Positions 49,270 through 58,873 of a stretch of DNA of 64,000 bases are shown one piece after another. The notes below the pieces were generated by a model. It had not been told where the DNA came from and made no database searches. It saw nothing but the letters and a program-made list of their open reading frames with translations. The translations under genes were made by a program, and so were the position numbers. Each line of letters opens with the position of its first letter. Position 1 is the first letter of the stretch. Origin of the DNA: an uncultured Thermoplasmata archaeon (lineage in GTDB: Archaea > Thermoplasmatota > Thermoplasmata > Lutacidiplasmatales > UBA184); the NCBI GenBank assembly GCA_963797975.1, contig CAWCRH010000008.1, forward strand, positions 16,862-80,861. The letters are read 5' to 3'.

Positions 49270-50662
49270 GTGGCATTCTCCAGCTGGTACAATCGGAGCC
49301 TCAACCGCATCTGGGGGTTCGTCGAGGACCGCACCGGGATGCGAAAATGGGCCCTTAGGCCCCAGCCGGAGTTCACCTTCAAGCCCTCGTACTGGACCGG
49401 AGCCTTCGTCGCCGTCGCCTTCGGCTACCAGGTCCTCTCGGGCATGCTTCTGCTGCTGGACCTATCAGCCGAGCGTTTCGCCGACGCTGACCCTCTGCGG
49501 CCAGGCCGCGGGCACCTACTCGATCGCTCCCGCCGCCTGGTGTTCGACGTACTTCATCGCCAACAGCGTGCCGATGGGCTCCCTGCTGCTCTCGACCCAC
49601 CTCTACGGCGCCTACGCGATGATCTTCCTGATGTTCGTCCACTTCTACCGCGGCTACTACCTCGGGGTCTACAAAGCCCCCCGCGAGTTCTCCTGGATGG
49701 TCGGCACGCTCCTCATGGTCGTGACCCTCGGGATGGGGTTCACGGGCTACCTGCTCCCCTACACCGCTCTGAGCTACGACGCGACGAACGTGGGCGTCGT
49801 GCTCGCAATCCGCCTCGCGATCCCGACGCCATGGGGGATGATCAACGCCGGCAGCCTGCTCGCCCCGTTCATCTTAGGCGACGGAACGGCGCAGGGGCTG
49901 CTCTCGCGCATGTTCGTCGCGCACGTCCTCCTGTTACCGATCGCGCTCGGCGCGCTCCTCTACGCCCATATCGCCCTCTTCGAGTCGCACGGGATCGCTC
50001 CTCCGTCCACGTCCGACCCCTTACAACGGCGTCGCTACACCGAGAAGGACGACAAGAAACACGTGCCGTTCATGCCCCACATCTTGTTCTACATGGCGAA
50101 GTGGGGCTTGCTTTACGTCGGGGTCCTCTTCGCGATCGCGGCGCTGTGGCCGTGGACGGTCTCGCTCACGGTCAACTCCTGGTACGGGAACTCTGCGGTC
50201 CCCACCCCGACGATCATCCCCGATTGGTACTTCCTCTGGCTGTTCAAGCTTCTCGACTTCCAAGGGATCACTCCGGTCCTGGCCGTCACGATTGCGACGG
50301 TGCTCATCCTCTACATCCTCTTCCTGCCCTGGCTCGACCGGTCGAAACGGACGCATCCACGGGACCGCCCGGTGTTCATCTACATCGGGACGTGCCTCCT
50401 GCAGCTCTTCATCCTGCTGAGCGTTTGGGGCCAACTCACGCCCGGCGTCACGATCCTGCCGATGCAGATCGTCGCCACCTTGGGTCCGATGTTCTTGGTG
50501 AACGCGGCGGTCATCGCTCTCTTCTACGGCCGCTACCGCGCCAGCTATCGTCGGCGTTCCGAGGCTCGGAAGGCCCAGTACGCCGGCGCCTATCCCCTGC
50601 CCGCGGCCGGCCCGGCCGCCCCCACCGCGATCGGAAGCTCGGAGGTGAAGGGCAGTGACTGA
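49270..50662 (+). CDS. Cytochrome b (bc-complex analog, SoxG/SoxC-like) with an apparent frameshift at about 49461
   Basis: The N-terminal helix (…YWTGAFVAVAFGYQVLSGMLLLL) is in the frame starting at 49270. The rest (…YQPSVSP…THLYGAYAMIFLMFVHFYRG…TGYLLPY…) is in the +1 frame. Removing one C at 49461/49462 joins them. Confidence 0.8.
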
Positions 50663-50930
50663 GGCGACCGACGCGGGCCCACCTCGATGGAACACGGGCG
50701 CCCTGTGGGGAGTCCTGGCGGTCCTCCTTGTGATCGGAACCCTCGGCGGAGCGCTCTTCGTTTTCGCGCTAACGGTGTGGGTCCTTGCCGGGGCTGTCGT
50801 CATCGGTCTGGTCCTCGCGACGGTCGGGGCCCTGGTCGCCTTCCTGGCCTTCCTGTTCATGGCCGGCATCCTCTACCGGGTCGACCGCTACCGCGGGGCC
50901 AACCGAAGGGTGGTGAAGTTCTTTGAGTGA
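50655..50930 (+). CDS. Small two-TM membrane protein
   Basis: Overlaps the cytochrome b stop by 8 nt. The hydrophobic core is 60 aa. It sits inside the oxidase operon. Confidence 0.45.
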   Translation: MTEATDAGPPRWNTGALWGVLAVLLVIGTLGGALFVFALTVWVLAGAVVIGLVLATVGALVAFLAFLFMAGILYRVDRYRGANRRVVKFFE

Positions 50931-51297
50931 GCCGGACGACACGCCGGACCTCGCGGCGATCCGGCGACGGACGATCGACCTCTACGACACGGTCACGCTG
51001 CTCATGCTCTTCGGGATCGCGGTCTTGATCGTCTGCGCGATCCAGATCGGTCCGCTCACGAGCCCGGGGGCGCAGGAATCGTTCGGCCTCGCGCTGAGCC
51101 TGATGTTCCTGATGGGGGCCGTCCTCTTCCACATCGTCGACCGCACCTACCGCGTCTGGCCGCTCGGCCGGCGGATCACGCCCCGCGACCCGGGGCCGGT
51201 CACCAACGTCGCGGTCGCCCGCACGCTGCGCATCGTGGTCGTGGTGGCGGCGGGGGCATCCATTGCCTACCTGATCACGGCGGGGCTAATCCTATGA
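50923..51297 (+). CDS. Small three-TM membrane protein
   Basis: Overlaps the previous ORF by 8 nt and lies directly upstream of coxI. It could be an accessory oxidase subunit. Confidence 0.45.
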   Translation: MSEPDDTPDLAAIRRRTIDLYDTVTLLMLFGIAVLIVCAIQIGPLTSPGAQESFGLALSLMFLMGAVLFHIVDRTYRVWPLGRRITPRDPGPVTNVAVARTLRIVVVVAAGASIAYLITAGLIL

Positions 51298-51316
51298 GCG
51301 GACGGAGGAACGACTG

Positions 51317-53011
51317 ATGGATGCGACCACGACCTACTGGGTGGTCGGCATCATCGTCGCCCTCGCGGCGTTCCTGATCTATCTCTTCAGCTACCACGGC
51401 GAATGGACCGTTCGCACGCTGAAGACCTGGGTCTTCACGACCGACCACAAGCGCATCGGGCTGATGTACATCGCGACGGGGATCGTGTTCTTCTTCATCG
51501 GAGGGATCTACGCGCTCCTCATCCGTACCGACCTAGGATTCGTCCAGGGGCTCGGCCTCGACCCGCAGACGACCCTGGGCATCACGCCGGATGTCTACAG
51601 CACTCTGTTCACGATGCACGGGGTGCTGATGATCTTCATGTTCATCATTCCGACCCTCGCCGGGTTCGGGAACCTCCTCCTCCCGTCGATGGTGGGCTCG
51701 CGCGAGATGGCGATGCCCCGGATCAACGCGATCGCCTTCTGGCTGATCCCTCCCGCCGGGGTCATCCTGATCCTCTCGAACGCGTGGGCCGGCTGGACCG
51801 GGTACGTTCCGCTCTCGCTCCAGGCGAACCCGGCGAACCCCTACGGCATGGAGCTCTGGGTCCTGGGCCTGCACATCCTCACCGTGAGCTCGATGCTCGG
51901 CGCGATCAACTTCTTGGTCACGATCGTCAAACACCGCGCTCCGGGCGTGAAGTACTGGAACATGCCGCTCTTCGTCTGGGCGATGCTCATCAACTCGGTC
52001 CTGCTCATCTTCGCCCTTCCGAGCCTCTCGATCGCGCTCACCTTCGTGCTGAGCGACCTCGACTTCGGAACCCACATCCTCGCGTCGATCAACGGCACTC
52101 CGCTGGGAGGCGCGCTCCTCTATCAGAACTTATTCTGGTTCTTCGCCCATCCCGAGGTCTACATCATGGTCATCCCGGCGTTCGGGATCATCAGTACGGT
52201 CATCCCCAAGCTCGCGCGGAAGGACATCTTCGGGTATTCGGCGATGGCGATCAGCTTGGGCGCCTTCGCAATCCTCTCCTTCGCCGTCTGGGAGCACCAC
52301 ATGTTCGTGACGGGGATCGACACGAACCTCCTCTTCTTCTTCATGCTCAGCACGATGGCGATCGCCGTACCGTCCGCGGTCAAGACGTTCAATTGGGTCG
52401 CGACGCTCTGGGGCGGGCGGATCTGGATGGCGGTGCCGATGTGGTTCTGCCTCGCCTTCATCACCGGCTTCGTCATCGGCGGGCTTTCCGGTCTCTATCT
52501 CGCCTCCATCCCGGTCGACTACCTCTATCACGGGACCTACTTCGTGGTCGCGCACTTCCACTACATCCTGCTCGGCGGCACGTTGATGGCGATCTTCGCC
52601 GGGATCTACTTCTATTTCCCCGTCATCACGCGCCGGTGGTACAGCCAACGGCTGGGCCACATCCACTTCCTCCTCACCTACGTCGGCGTCAACGTGCTCC
52701 TCTTCCCGATGTTCATCCTCGGAGCCGAGGGAATGCCGCGCCGAGTCTACACCTATCTGTGGACCGGGAACTTCCAGGCGCTCAACTTCCTCTCGACGAT
52801 CGGGGCGTTCATCCTCGGCATCGGGCAGCTCTTCTTCGTCTACAACATGGTCCACAGCTACTACTACGGCGAGCGAGTGACGACCCCCGACCCGTGGGGC
52901 GAGCCGCTCCCGAGCACGATGACCGGTCCGGCGCCGACCCCGGCACCTTTGGGCGCTCCGACACCCGTCCCGGTTCCGAGCGTTCAGTCCGAGGGCGGGG
53001 TCGAGGGGTAA
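51317..53011 (+). CDS. Heme-copper oxidase subunit I
   Basis: Contains [26 protein letters not shown] and the VAHFHY histidine ligands, with 12 or more TM helices. Confidence 0.95.
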   Translation: MDATTTYWVVGIIVALAAFLIYLFSYHGEWTVRTLKTWVFTTDHKRIGLMYIATGIVFFFIGGIYALLIRTDLGFVQGLGLDPQTTLGITPDVYSTLFTMHGVLMIFMFIIPTLAGFGNLLLPSMVGSREMAMPRINAIAFWLIPPAGVILILSNAWAGWTGYVPLSLQANPANPYGMELWVLGLHILTVSSMLGAINFLVTIVKHRAPGVKYWNMPLFVWAMLINSVLLIFALPSLSIALTFVLSDLDFGTHILASINGTPLGGALLYQNLFWFFAHPEVYIMVIPAFGIISTVIPKLARKDIFGYSAMAISLGAFAILSFAVWEHHMFVTGIDTNLLFFFMLSTMAIAVPSAVKTFNWVATLWGGRIWMAVPMWFCLAFITGFVIGGLSGLYLASIPVDYLYHGTYFVVAHFHYILLGGTLMAIFAGIYFYFPVITRRWYSQRLGHIHFLLTYVGVNVLLFPMFILGAEGMPRRVYTYLWTGNFQALNFLSTIGAFILGIGQLFFVYNMVHSYYYGERVTTPDPWGEPLPSTMTGPAPTPAPLGAPTPVPVPSVQSEGGVEG

Positions 53012-53018
53012 ACGGACG

Positions 53019-53597
53019 ATGCAGGGACACGCTTGGTTCCGCTACACCGCGGTCGCCGCGCTCGTTCTGTGCTGGGTGACCATCATCCTCGGAGGGAACG
53101 TCATCGCGACCAACTCCGGGCTCGGATGCCCCTCCTGGCCGAGCTGTAACGGAGGGTGGAACCTCTTCCCGACGCTCGCGGGCGCGACGGGGATCGAATG
53201 GACCCACCGTGTGGCGGCGTTCTTCCTGGCCGCCTCGATCCTGATCCTGACGACCCTGGCGCTCGCCTACGAGAGCGCCCGCCCGGCGTTCGTCCGTCTG
53301 AGCGTCGCTTCGCTCGCGCTGGTGGTCCTCCTCGCGTTCCTCGGAGGGGCCGTGGTCGATTCCGGCCTTGACATCGGGCTCGTCCTGCTCCACTTCGGGG
53401 TCGCGACGATCCTCTTCGCTCTGCTCCTCGTCCTCGCGCTGCTCGCGAACTGGAAGAACATCCCGAAGCGCTGGAAGGAGTGGGCGCATCGGGCGAGCGA
53501 ACCCGGGACGGCCCCGGACGGGACCCCGGAACCCATCACCCCGCTCCCGGACCCGGCGCCGCTGACCGTGGATCCGTCTCCTTCGGCGCGAAGCTAA
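53019..53597 (+). CDS. ctaA: Heme A synthase, short four-helix archaeal form (CtaA/COX15 half-size)
   Basis: NSGLGCPSWPSCNG and IEWTHR motifs. Only four TM helices and then a Pro-rich tail. Confidence 0.7.
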   Translation: MQGHAWFRYTAVAALVLCWVTIILGGNVIATNSGLGCPSWPSCNGGWNLFPTLAGATGIEWTHRVAAFFLAASILILTTLALAYESARPAFVRLSVASLALVVLLAFLGGAVVDSGLDIGLVLLHFGVATILFALLLVLALLANWKNIPKRWKEWAHRASEPGTAPDGTPEPITPLPDPAPLTVDPSPSARS

Positions 53598-53632
53598 GCC
53601 CTCGTTGACTTCGCGGGGGCCGAGGGCTCTTC

Positions 53633-54565
53633 ATGGTCACGCGGCCATCGCTCCCGGCCCCGAGGTCCCACGCCCCGGCCACGGTCCGTGACTACCTCGC
53701 GCTCTCCAAGCCCGGCATCACGGGTCTCATCGTCGCGGTCGCGGTCGCGGGGTACTTTCTGGCCAACCCCCCTACGGTCAATTGGGTCGCCCTCGGGATC
53801 CTCGTTCTGACGGGCGCCGCGGCTTCCGCCGGGGCTGCGATGCTGAACCACTACCTCGACCGCGACCTGGACGCACAGATGCGGCGGACCCGCAGCCGCC
53901 CCCTCCCGACGGCTCGGATCGACCCGAGTGGCCGCGTGGCCGTGCTCGGCCTTCTCCTCTTGGGCGGGGGAATCGCCGGCGCCAGCCTCTTCCTCAATCT
54001 CTGGACGGGATTCTCGATATTCCTGGGGGGGCTCACCTACGTGGTCGTCTACACCGCGTGGCTCAAGCGGCGCTCGAGCTGGAACATTGTCATCGGCGGG
54101 TTCGCGGGGAGTGCCCCCGCGCTCGCGGGCGGTGCTGCCGCGGTGGGCGGATGGACGTGGGGGGTCGTCGCTTTCGCCGTTCTGGTCTTCTTGTGGACAC
54201 CCCCCCACTTCTGGAGCCTCGCCCTCCTCCTACGGGAGGACTACGACCGGGCCGGCCTTCCGATGCTGCCGGACATGCGCGACCCGGCGTACTCGGGGAA
54301 GGTCGTGGTCGTCTCGGCGGCCCTTCTCGTTCCCGCCGCGATCCTCGTGGGCCTGACCGGCGCCCTCGCGTGGCCGATCCTCATCGTACTGGTCGCCCTC
54401 GGGCTCGGGTACGTCGCCACGACCTGGCCGCTCTGGACCGACGTCCGTCCGACGACCGCCCGTCGTGGGTTCATCTACTCAGGGCCGTACCTGCTCGCCG
54501 TCATATTCGCGATCATCGTGAACCTCCCGCTGCTGAGGCTGGGCGTCCCCGCCCTAGCCCTCTAA
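53633..54565 (+). CDS. ctaB: Protoheme IX farnesyltransferase (heme O synthase)
   Basis: UbiA-family motifs: ...NHYLDRDLDAQMRRTRSRPLP... and a second Asp-rich region. Nine TM helices. Confidence 0.9.
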   Translation: MVTRPSLPAPRSHAPATVRDYLALSKPGITGLIVAVAVAGYFLANPPTVNWVALGILVLTGAAASAGAAMLNHYLDRDLDAQMRRTRSRPLPTARIDPSGRVAVLGLLLLGGGIAGASLFLNLWTGFSIFLGGLTYVVVYTAWLKRRSSWNIVIGGFAGSAPALAGGAAAVGGWTWGVVAFAVLVFLWTPPHFWSLALLLREDYDRAGLPMLPDMRDPAYSGKVVVVSAALLVPAAILVGLTGALAWPILIVLVALGLGYVATTWPLWTDVRPTTARRGFIYSGPYLLAVIFAIIVNLPLLRLGVPALAL

Positions 54566-54659
54566 GGTGAGAGTTAGCTCCGGATCGGCGCGGAGGGCCT
54601 TAGCGCACGGCCCCTCCCGCTCACCCGGTACCCACCTCTAGCTTATTCTTCGCGAGCGT

Positions 54660-55373
54660 TTGGTCCCTGAGATGGACCCGAACGAAGCGAGCGGCCCTCG
54701 TCCCGAAACGTCGCGCAGCGCCGAGACAGCTCTGCGGCGGCTGGGCTATTCACGCGTGACCCCTTCGCGACGCGAGGCGAATGTGGAGGCCGCCTTCTGG
54801 GTCAAGCAGGACGGGGTGGCGCGAACACTGCCCGTCTTTATCGAGGGCAGCGCCCCCAAGACCCGGGCGGCGGTGCGTGGGTGGATCGACCGGACCACCG
54901 AAGCGTTGGCGGCCCGTCGGGCGATCGTCGTCGTTCCGACCGACGGCGAGGCCGAGGAGGCCTGGCGCCGATACGCGGGGGAGCCGAGCCAGCTCATCGA
55001 CCGCGACCTTGCGATTCTCGTCCTGCCGCAAGGTCGGCCGGACTCGAACCCGCACTGGCACGCCCGCATCGTCCCCCGCCGCGAAGTCCTTCGGCTCGCC
55101 ACGGGGGTGGTCGTGGGGATGTTCCGCCAAGCCCAGGCCGGGGGAGGCCCCACGTCGATCGATTTCGAGGAGATGCTCCAGACGATCCGTCAGCGGTTCG
55201 GCGTGGACGTCCACGGCTCTCTGGGCGTGCGGACCGACGAGGACGCCCTCTATCTCATCTACCAGATGGCCGCCAAGGACGCCTATGCTCCGGGAGACCC
55301 GGCGCCGAACCTGCACATGCTGGTGCTCAAGCCGTCCGGCCCCGCGGCCCGTCTGCCCTGGTTCGCCGCCTAG
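54660..55373 (+). CDS. Hypothetical protein
   Basis: 237-aa soluble ORF (alternative ATG at 54672). The N-terminal ...AETALRRLGYSRV... is faintly restriction-endonuclease-like, but no catalytic motif can be assigned. Confidence 0.4.
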   Translation: MVPEMDPNEASGPRPETSRSAETALRRLGYSRVTPSRREANVEAAFWVKQDGVARTLPVFIEGSAPKTRAAVRGWIDRTTEALAARRAIVVVPTDGEAEEAWRRYAGEPSQLIDRDLAILVLPQGRPDSNPHWHARIVPRREVLRLATGVVVGMFRQAQAGGGPTSIDFEEMLQTIRQRFGVDVHGSLGVRTDEDALYLIYQMAAKDAYAPGDPAPNLHMLVLKPSGPAARLPWFAA

Positions 55374-55436
55374 CGACGCCAATCCTTCCAACCGAGGCCA
55401 TATGAACCGCCGCTCGCTTCGTCCTCCCGCGCGGAG

Positions 55437-55625
55437 ATGACCGAGAGCTCGGAATCGTATCGCACGCCGTACACCCCGACGCCGGGAGGCTCGACCCCTC
55501 CCCCGGGCGTGACGCCCGAGGAGGGGCGCCGCGAGCTGGGGCTCTTCTTCTGGCTGGCGATCGCGAACACGGCCATCATTGGCGGGGCCGGGGTCATCGC
55601 CTGGTGGTTTGCAACCCACCATTGA
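55437..55625 (+). CDS. Small Pro-rich single-TM protein
   Basis: 62 aa. The C-terminal LGLFFWLAIANTAIIGGAGVIAWWF forms a TM helix. Confidence 0.3.
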   Translation: MTESSESYRTPYTPTPGGSTPPPGVTPEEGRRELGLFFWLAIANTAIIGGAGVIAWWFATHH

Positions 55626-55683
55626 CCCTCGCGCTCCGAGCAACCTTATCAGGGCGAATCGGGTCGTGCCGCCGGTCGAGCGC

Positions 55684-55758
55684 GGGGCCGTGGGGTAGCT
55701 TGGACCATCCTTCTTGCTTGGGGTGCAAGAGACTCCGATTCAAATTCGGACGGCCCCA
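55684..55758 (+). tRNA. tRNA-Pro (GGG)
   Basis: GGGGCCG/CGGCCCC acceptor, CTTGC/GCAAG anticodon stem, loop TTGGGGT, TCCGA-TTCAAAT-TCGGA T arm, discriminator A. Confidence 0.9.
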
Positions 55759-55812
55759 CCGACCTTCCCCTCCTGCGCCCGCTCATGTACCGGACACGTC
55801 ATCCGCCGGGCG

Positions 55813-56436
55813 ATGAGTCGCCGCTTTCTCGAGGAGCGGCGTCGCGATCCATACTACCGGTCCGCCCAGAAGGAGGGCCTCCGCTCGCGAGCCTCCTTCA
55901 AGCTCGCGTACCTCGCCGACCGCTACCCGATCCTGCCGATAGGCGGCCGGGTCCTCGACCTCGGTGCGGCTCCCGGGGGCTGGTCATTGGTCGCGGCGGA
56001 ACGGGTCGGACGCCGAGGTGAGGTCGTGAGTGTGGACCTCCGGCCGATCGAGCCGGCTGCGGGCCTTACGATCGTTCGGGGCCGCGTCGGCGACCCAACG
56101 CTGCGCTCGCGGCTCGGCGAAGCTCCGTTTGACGCGGTGCTGGCCGACCTCTCCCCGCACATCAGCGGGGCGTACGCGACCGACCACGCTCGGTCGATCG
56201 AGCTTGCGGGCGCGGCCTTCGACCTGGCCGAGACGTGCCTCCGCGAAGGAGGGGCCTTCGTAGCGAAGGTCTTCGATGGGGATCTCCGCGCGGCATTGGA
56301 CGGGAAGGTCGCCCCCCATTTCACCCGGTTCTACCGGACGAAGCCACCCGCTTCGCGCGCGCGCTCCTCGGAGATCTACCTGGTCGGAGTCGGCTTCCGC
56401 CCCCCGCGCCGGCCCGAGGACGCGCCGCGACCGTAA
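55813..56436 (+). CDS. rlmE: 23S rRNA (uridine-2'-O)-methyltransferase RlmE/FtsJ
   Basis: ...DPYYRSAQKEGLRSRASFKL......VLDLGAAPGGWS...D.S....G......H......L is the FtsJ signature. The ATG at 55813 was chosen so the CDS does not overlap tRNA-Pro. Confidence 0.85.
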   Translation: MSRRFLEERRRDPYYRSAQKEGLRSRASFKLAYLADRYPILPIGGRVLDLGAAPGGWSLVAAERVGRRGEVVSVDLRPIEPAAGLTIVRGRVGDPTLRSRLGEAPFDAVLADLSPHISGAYATDHARSIELAGAAFDLAETCLREGGAFVAKVFDGDLRAALDGKVAPHFTRFYRTKPPASRARSSEIYLVGVGFRPPRRPEDAPRP

Positions 56437-56511
56437 CTCTGGGGTCCCCGCCACGAGTTATATAAAACCGTGATTTGGCCGGGCTCCACGATTTTTGAGG
56501 GTCGATATCTC

Positions 56512-57750
56512 GTGATCCGTTTTGGACCGGCGGGGATTCCCCTCTCGTGCAAGGGTCGCACCTTGCGCGACGGGATTGCGGACGTGCACCACCTGGGCCT
56601 CGCCGCCATGGAGGTGCAGTTCATCAAGGTCAACGCGCTCCAGCACGTCGCTCTCGACGAGGAGATCGGGCATCGGCCCCGCGAACTCGTGCAGCAGCTC
56701 GTGGTCGCGGTCGGGCCCAACACGCTCGCCAAAGCGGAACCCACCCTTTCGGCGCTTTTGTCGCCGATCAAACGGCGGGAGACCCTGACGACGATCACGA
56801 CCAGCCTCGCGAAGGAGTATAGCGACCTTCAGACGACCAAGGCCCTCGCGCGTGCCCTCGATGTCGAGCTGACGGTCCACGCTCCGTACTACGTCGACTT
56901 CTTCGGGAGCCTAGAAGCCCGGGAGCGCTCGAAGCGTCAGGTGCAGTGGGCCGGCGTCCTGGCGGAGGGTCTGGGCGCGCGCATGACCGTCTCGCACCTC
57001 GGTTTCTACGGGGAGGGGCCGCACGAGAACTCCGTCGACACGATGATCGGGATCGTGGGCGAGCTCTCCAAGTGGCTGGCCACCTATACGCGGGGAATGA
57101 CACGCCTGGCCATCGAGCCCAGCGGTCACCCGGACGTTTTCGGCTCGCGGGAGGAGGTGCTCGAGATCGTCCGACGGGTCAAAGGGGTCGTCCCGGTGCT
57201 CAATGTGCCCCATATCGCGGCGCGCGAGCGTCGACCTCTCGACACGCCAGAGGCGATCCGCCCCCTCGTGGAGGAGTTCCGGGCCGCGAGCGGCGGCACC
57301 CTCTACCTGAACTTCTCGGGGGTCGAGTTCTTCGGGCCCGGCGAAATGCGCCTCACTCCGGTGAAACGCGGGCACGTCCGCTTCGACCCGCTCGCCGAGG
57401 TCTTGGTCGAGCGCGACTACAACGCGACCATCATCTCGAGCTCGCCGCTGCTCGAGCACGACGCGATGTACATGAAGCTCCTCTACGAGCGCGCACTCAC
57501 CCGACGCTGGGTGAAGCGCCACCCTCCGGCTCCCGCGAAGACCGCCGCGGAGAAGAAGCCCTCAGGCCCGCACCGTCCTCTTCCGCATGCGGCCTCCCGG
57601 GCCCGGCCGACCCTCCCGAAGAGCGCGGGCCGCCCGTCCCGCTCACGACCCGGGAGTTCCCAGCGCCGCGCTCATCCTAAGACGAAAGCCCATCCGCGCC
57701 CATCGTCGCGTCCGGGGAGGCGAGCCCGAGCTCATGGGCGCCGACGCTGA
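56512..57750 (+). CDS. Endonuclease IV-like / xylose-isomerase-like TIM-barrel protein with an internal insertion and a basic C-terminal tail
   Basis: IRFGPAGIP...GLAAMEVQF...VHAPYY...SHLGFYG...IEPSG... The TATA box TTATATAAAA at about 56457-56466 favours the GTG at 56512 over 56470. The last 80 aa or so are Arg/Pro/Lys-rich and overlap the next gene. Confidence 0.6.
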   Translation: MIRFGPAGIPLSCKGRTLRDGIADVHHLGLAAMEVQFIKVNALQHVALDEEIGHRPRELVQQLVVAVGPNTLAKAEPTLSALLSPIKRRETLTTITTSLAKEYSDLQTTKALARALDVELTVHAPYYVDFFGSLEARERSKRQVQWAGVLAEGLGARMTVSHLGFYGEGPHENSVDTMIGIVGELSKWLATYTRGMTRLAIEPSGHPDVFGSREEVLEIVRRVKGVVPVLNVPHIAARERRPLDTPEAIRPLVEEFRAASGGTLYLNFSGVEFFGPGEMRLTPVKRGHVRFDPLAEVLVERDYNATIISSSPLLEHDAMYMKLLYERALTRRWVKRHPPAPAKTAAEKKPSGPHRPLPHAASRARPTLPKSAGRPSRSRPGSSQRRAHPKTKAHPRPSSRPGRRARAHGRRR

Positions 57751-58300
57751 GTCCCGCCCGTTCTTCCGGGCGGACCAGTACATCTCCGAACGCGTCGGAA
57801 AGGTTCTCGCGCACGTTGACCCCACGGTCATCGTTCGCATCCTCGAGCTGTTGCGGAAGGCGCCGAAGGTATTCGTATACGGGGCCGGGCGTAGTGGGAT
57901 CGTCGGCCGCGCGTTCGCGATGCGTCTCGTACAGGGCGGTCTCTCGGCCTACGTGATCGGGGAGAGCGTCACCCCGATCGTGCAGCAAGGCGACGTGGTC
58001 GTCATCTTCTCGGGCCAGGGGGAGAGCTACTCGAGCATCCAGACGGCCAACATCGTCCGACGGCAGGGGGCCGACCTCATCGTCATCACGGCTCGCGAGA
58101 GCTCGAAGCTCGCGCACACGGCGACCGTCCTTCTGCCGCTCGACTTCCCCGAAGACGCCGACCGCTCGAAATACGCGCCGCTGGGCACTCTCTTCGAATC
58201 GGCGAGCCTGCGACTGGGCGATGCGATCATCGCCGAGTGGATGCGCGAGCGGGGCGAGACCGAGGACTCGATGCGCCGACGCCACGCCATCATGGTCTAA
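57734..58300 (+). CDS. 6-phospho-3-hexuloisomerase (SIS domain)
   Basis: ...VFVYGAGRSG.VGRAFAMRL...G....V.GE..TP......D.VV..SGQGES.... matches the PHI-type SIS pattern. Confidence 0.75.
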   Translation: MGADAESRPFFRADQYISERVGKVLAHVDPTVIVRILELLRKAPKVFVYGAGRSGIVGRAFAMRLVQGGLSAYVIGESVTPIVQQGDVVVIFSGQGESYSSIQTANIVRRQGADLIVITARESSKLAHTATVLLPLDFPEDADRSKYAPLGTLFESASLRLGDAIIAEWMRERGETEDSMRRRHAIMV

Positions 58301-58352
58301 GGCCGACCAAGCGCGGCGAACCTTTATCTCGGCGAACGATTCGACGGCGAAC

Positions 58353-58859
58353 GTGCCGAAAGCGCCCGGTCGTCCGACGAAGGCCGGGACACTGACCCCC
58401 ATCCCCACACGGTTCTTCGTGACGAGCGGCAAAGGGATCAACAAGACGAGCGAGCTCAACGCCTTCGACCTCGCGTTGCTGGACGGGCGGATCGGCGAGC
58501 AGAACCTGGTGAGCGTCTCATCGGTGCTGCCGATCGGGATCCGCCAGATCGACCCCGTCCCGCTCGAGCGGGGAGCGATCACTCACTGCGTGCTCGCCCG
58601 GCACAGCGGGGGCGAAGGCGAAGTGATCAGCGCGGGGATCGCCTACGGCTTCCGCACGGACGGCCAAGGCGGCTACGTCGCCGAAGGCCACCTGCACGGC
58701 ACGCAGAAGTCGCTCAAGGAGTTCCTCAAGTGGCGCATGGAGGAGATCGCGCACTTCCGCGGCGTGGAGCTGAGGCGCATCCACTACCGGGCCGAAGAGC
58801 TCGTGATCCCGATGGACCATTACGGGGTCTGCATCGCCTCGTGCGTCTTCCTGCCGTAG
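58353..58859 (+). CDS. pdaD: Pyruvoyl-dependent arginine decarboxylase
   Basis: PTRFFVTSGKG...ELNAFDLAL...IGEQNLVSVSSVLP contains the Ser-Ser self-cleavage site. A GTG start is proposed. Confidence 0.85.
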   Translation: MPKAPGRPTKAGTLTPIPTRFFVTSGKGINKTSELNAFDLALLDGRIGEQNLVSVSSVLPIGIRQIDPVPLERGAITHCVLARHSGGEGEVISAGIAYGFRTDGQGGYVAEGHLHGTQKSLKEFLKWRMEEIAHFRGVELRRIHYRAEELVIPMDHYGVCIASCVFLP

Positions 58860-58873
58860 CGAACCTTTCCCCC

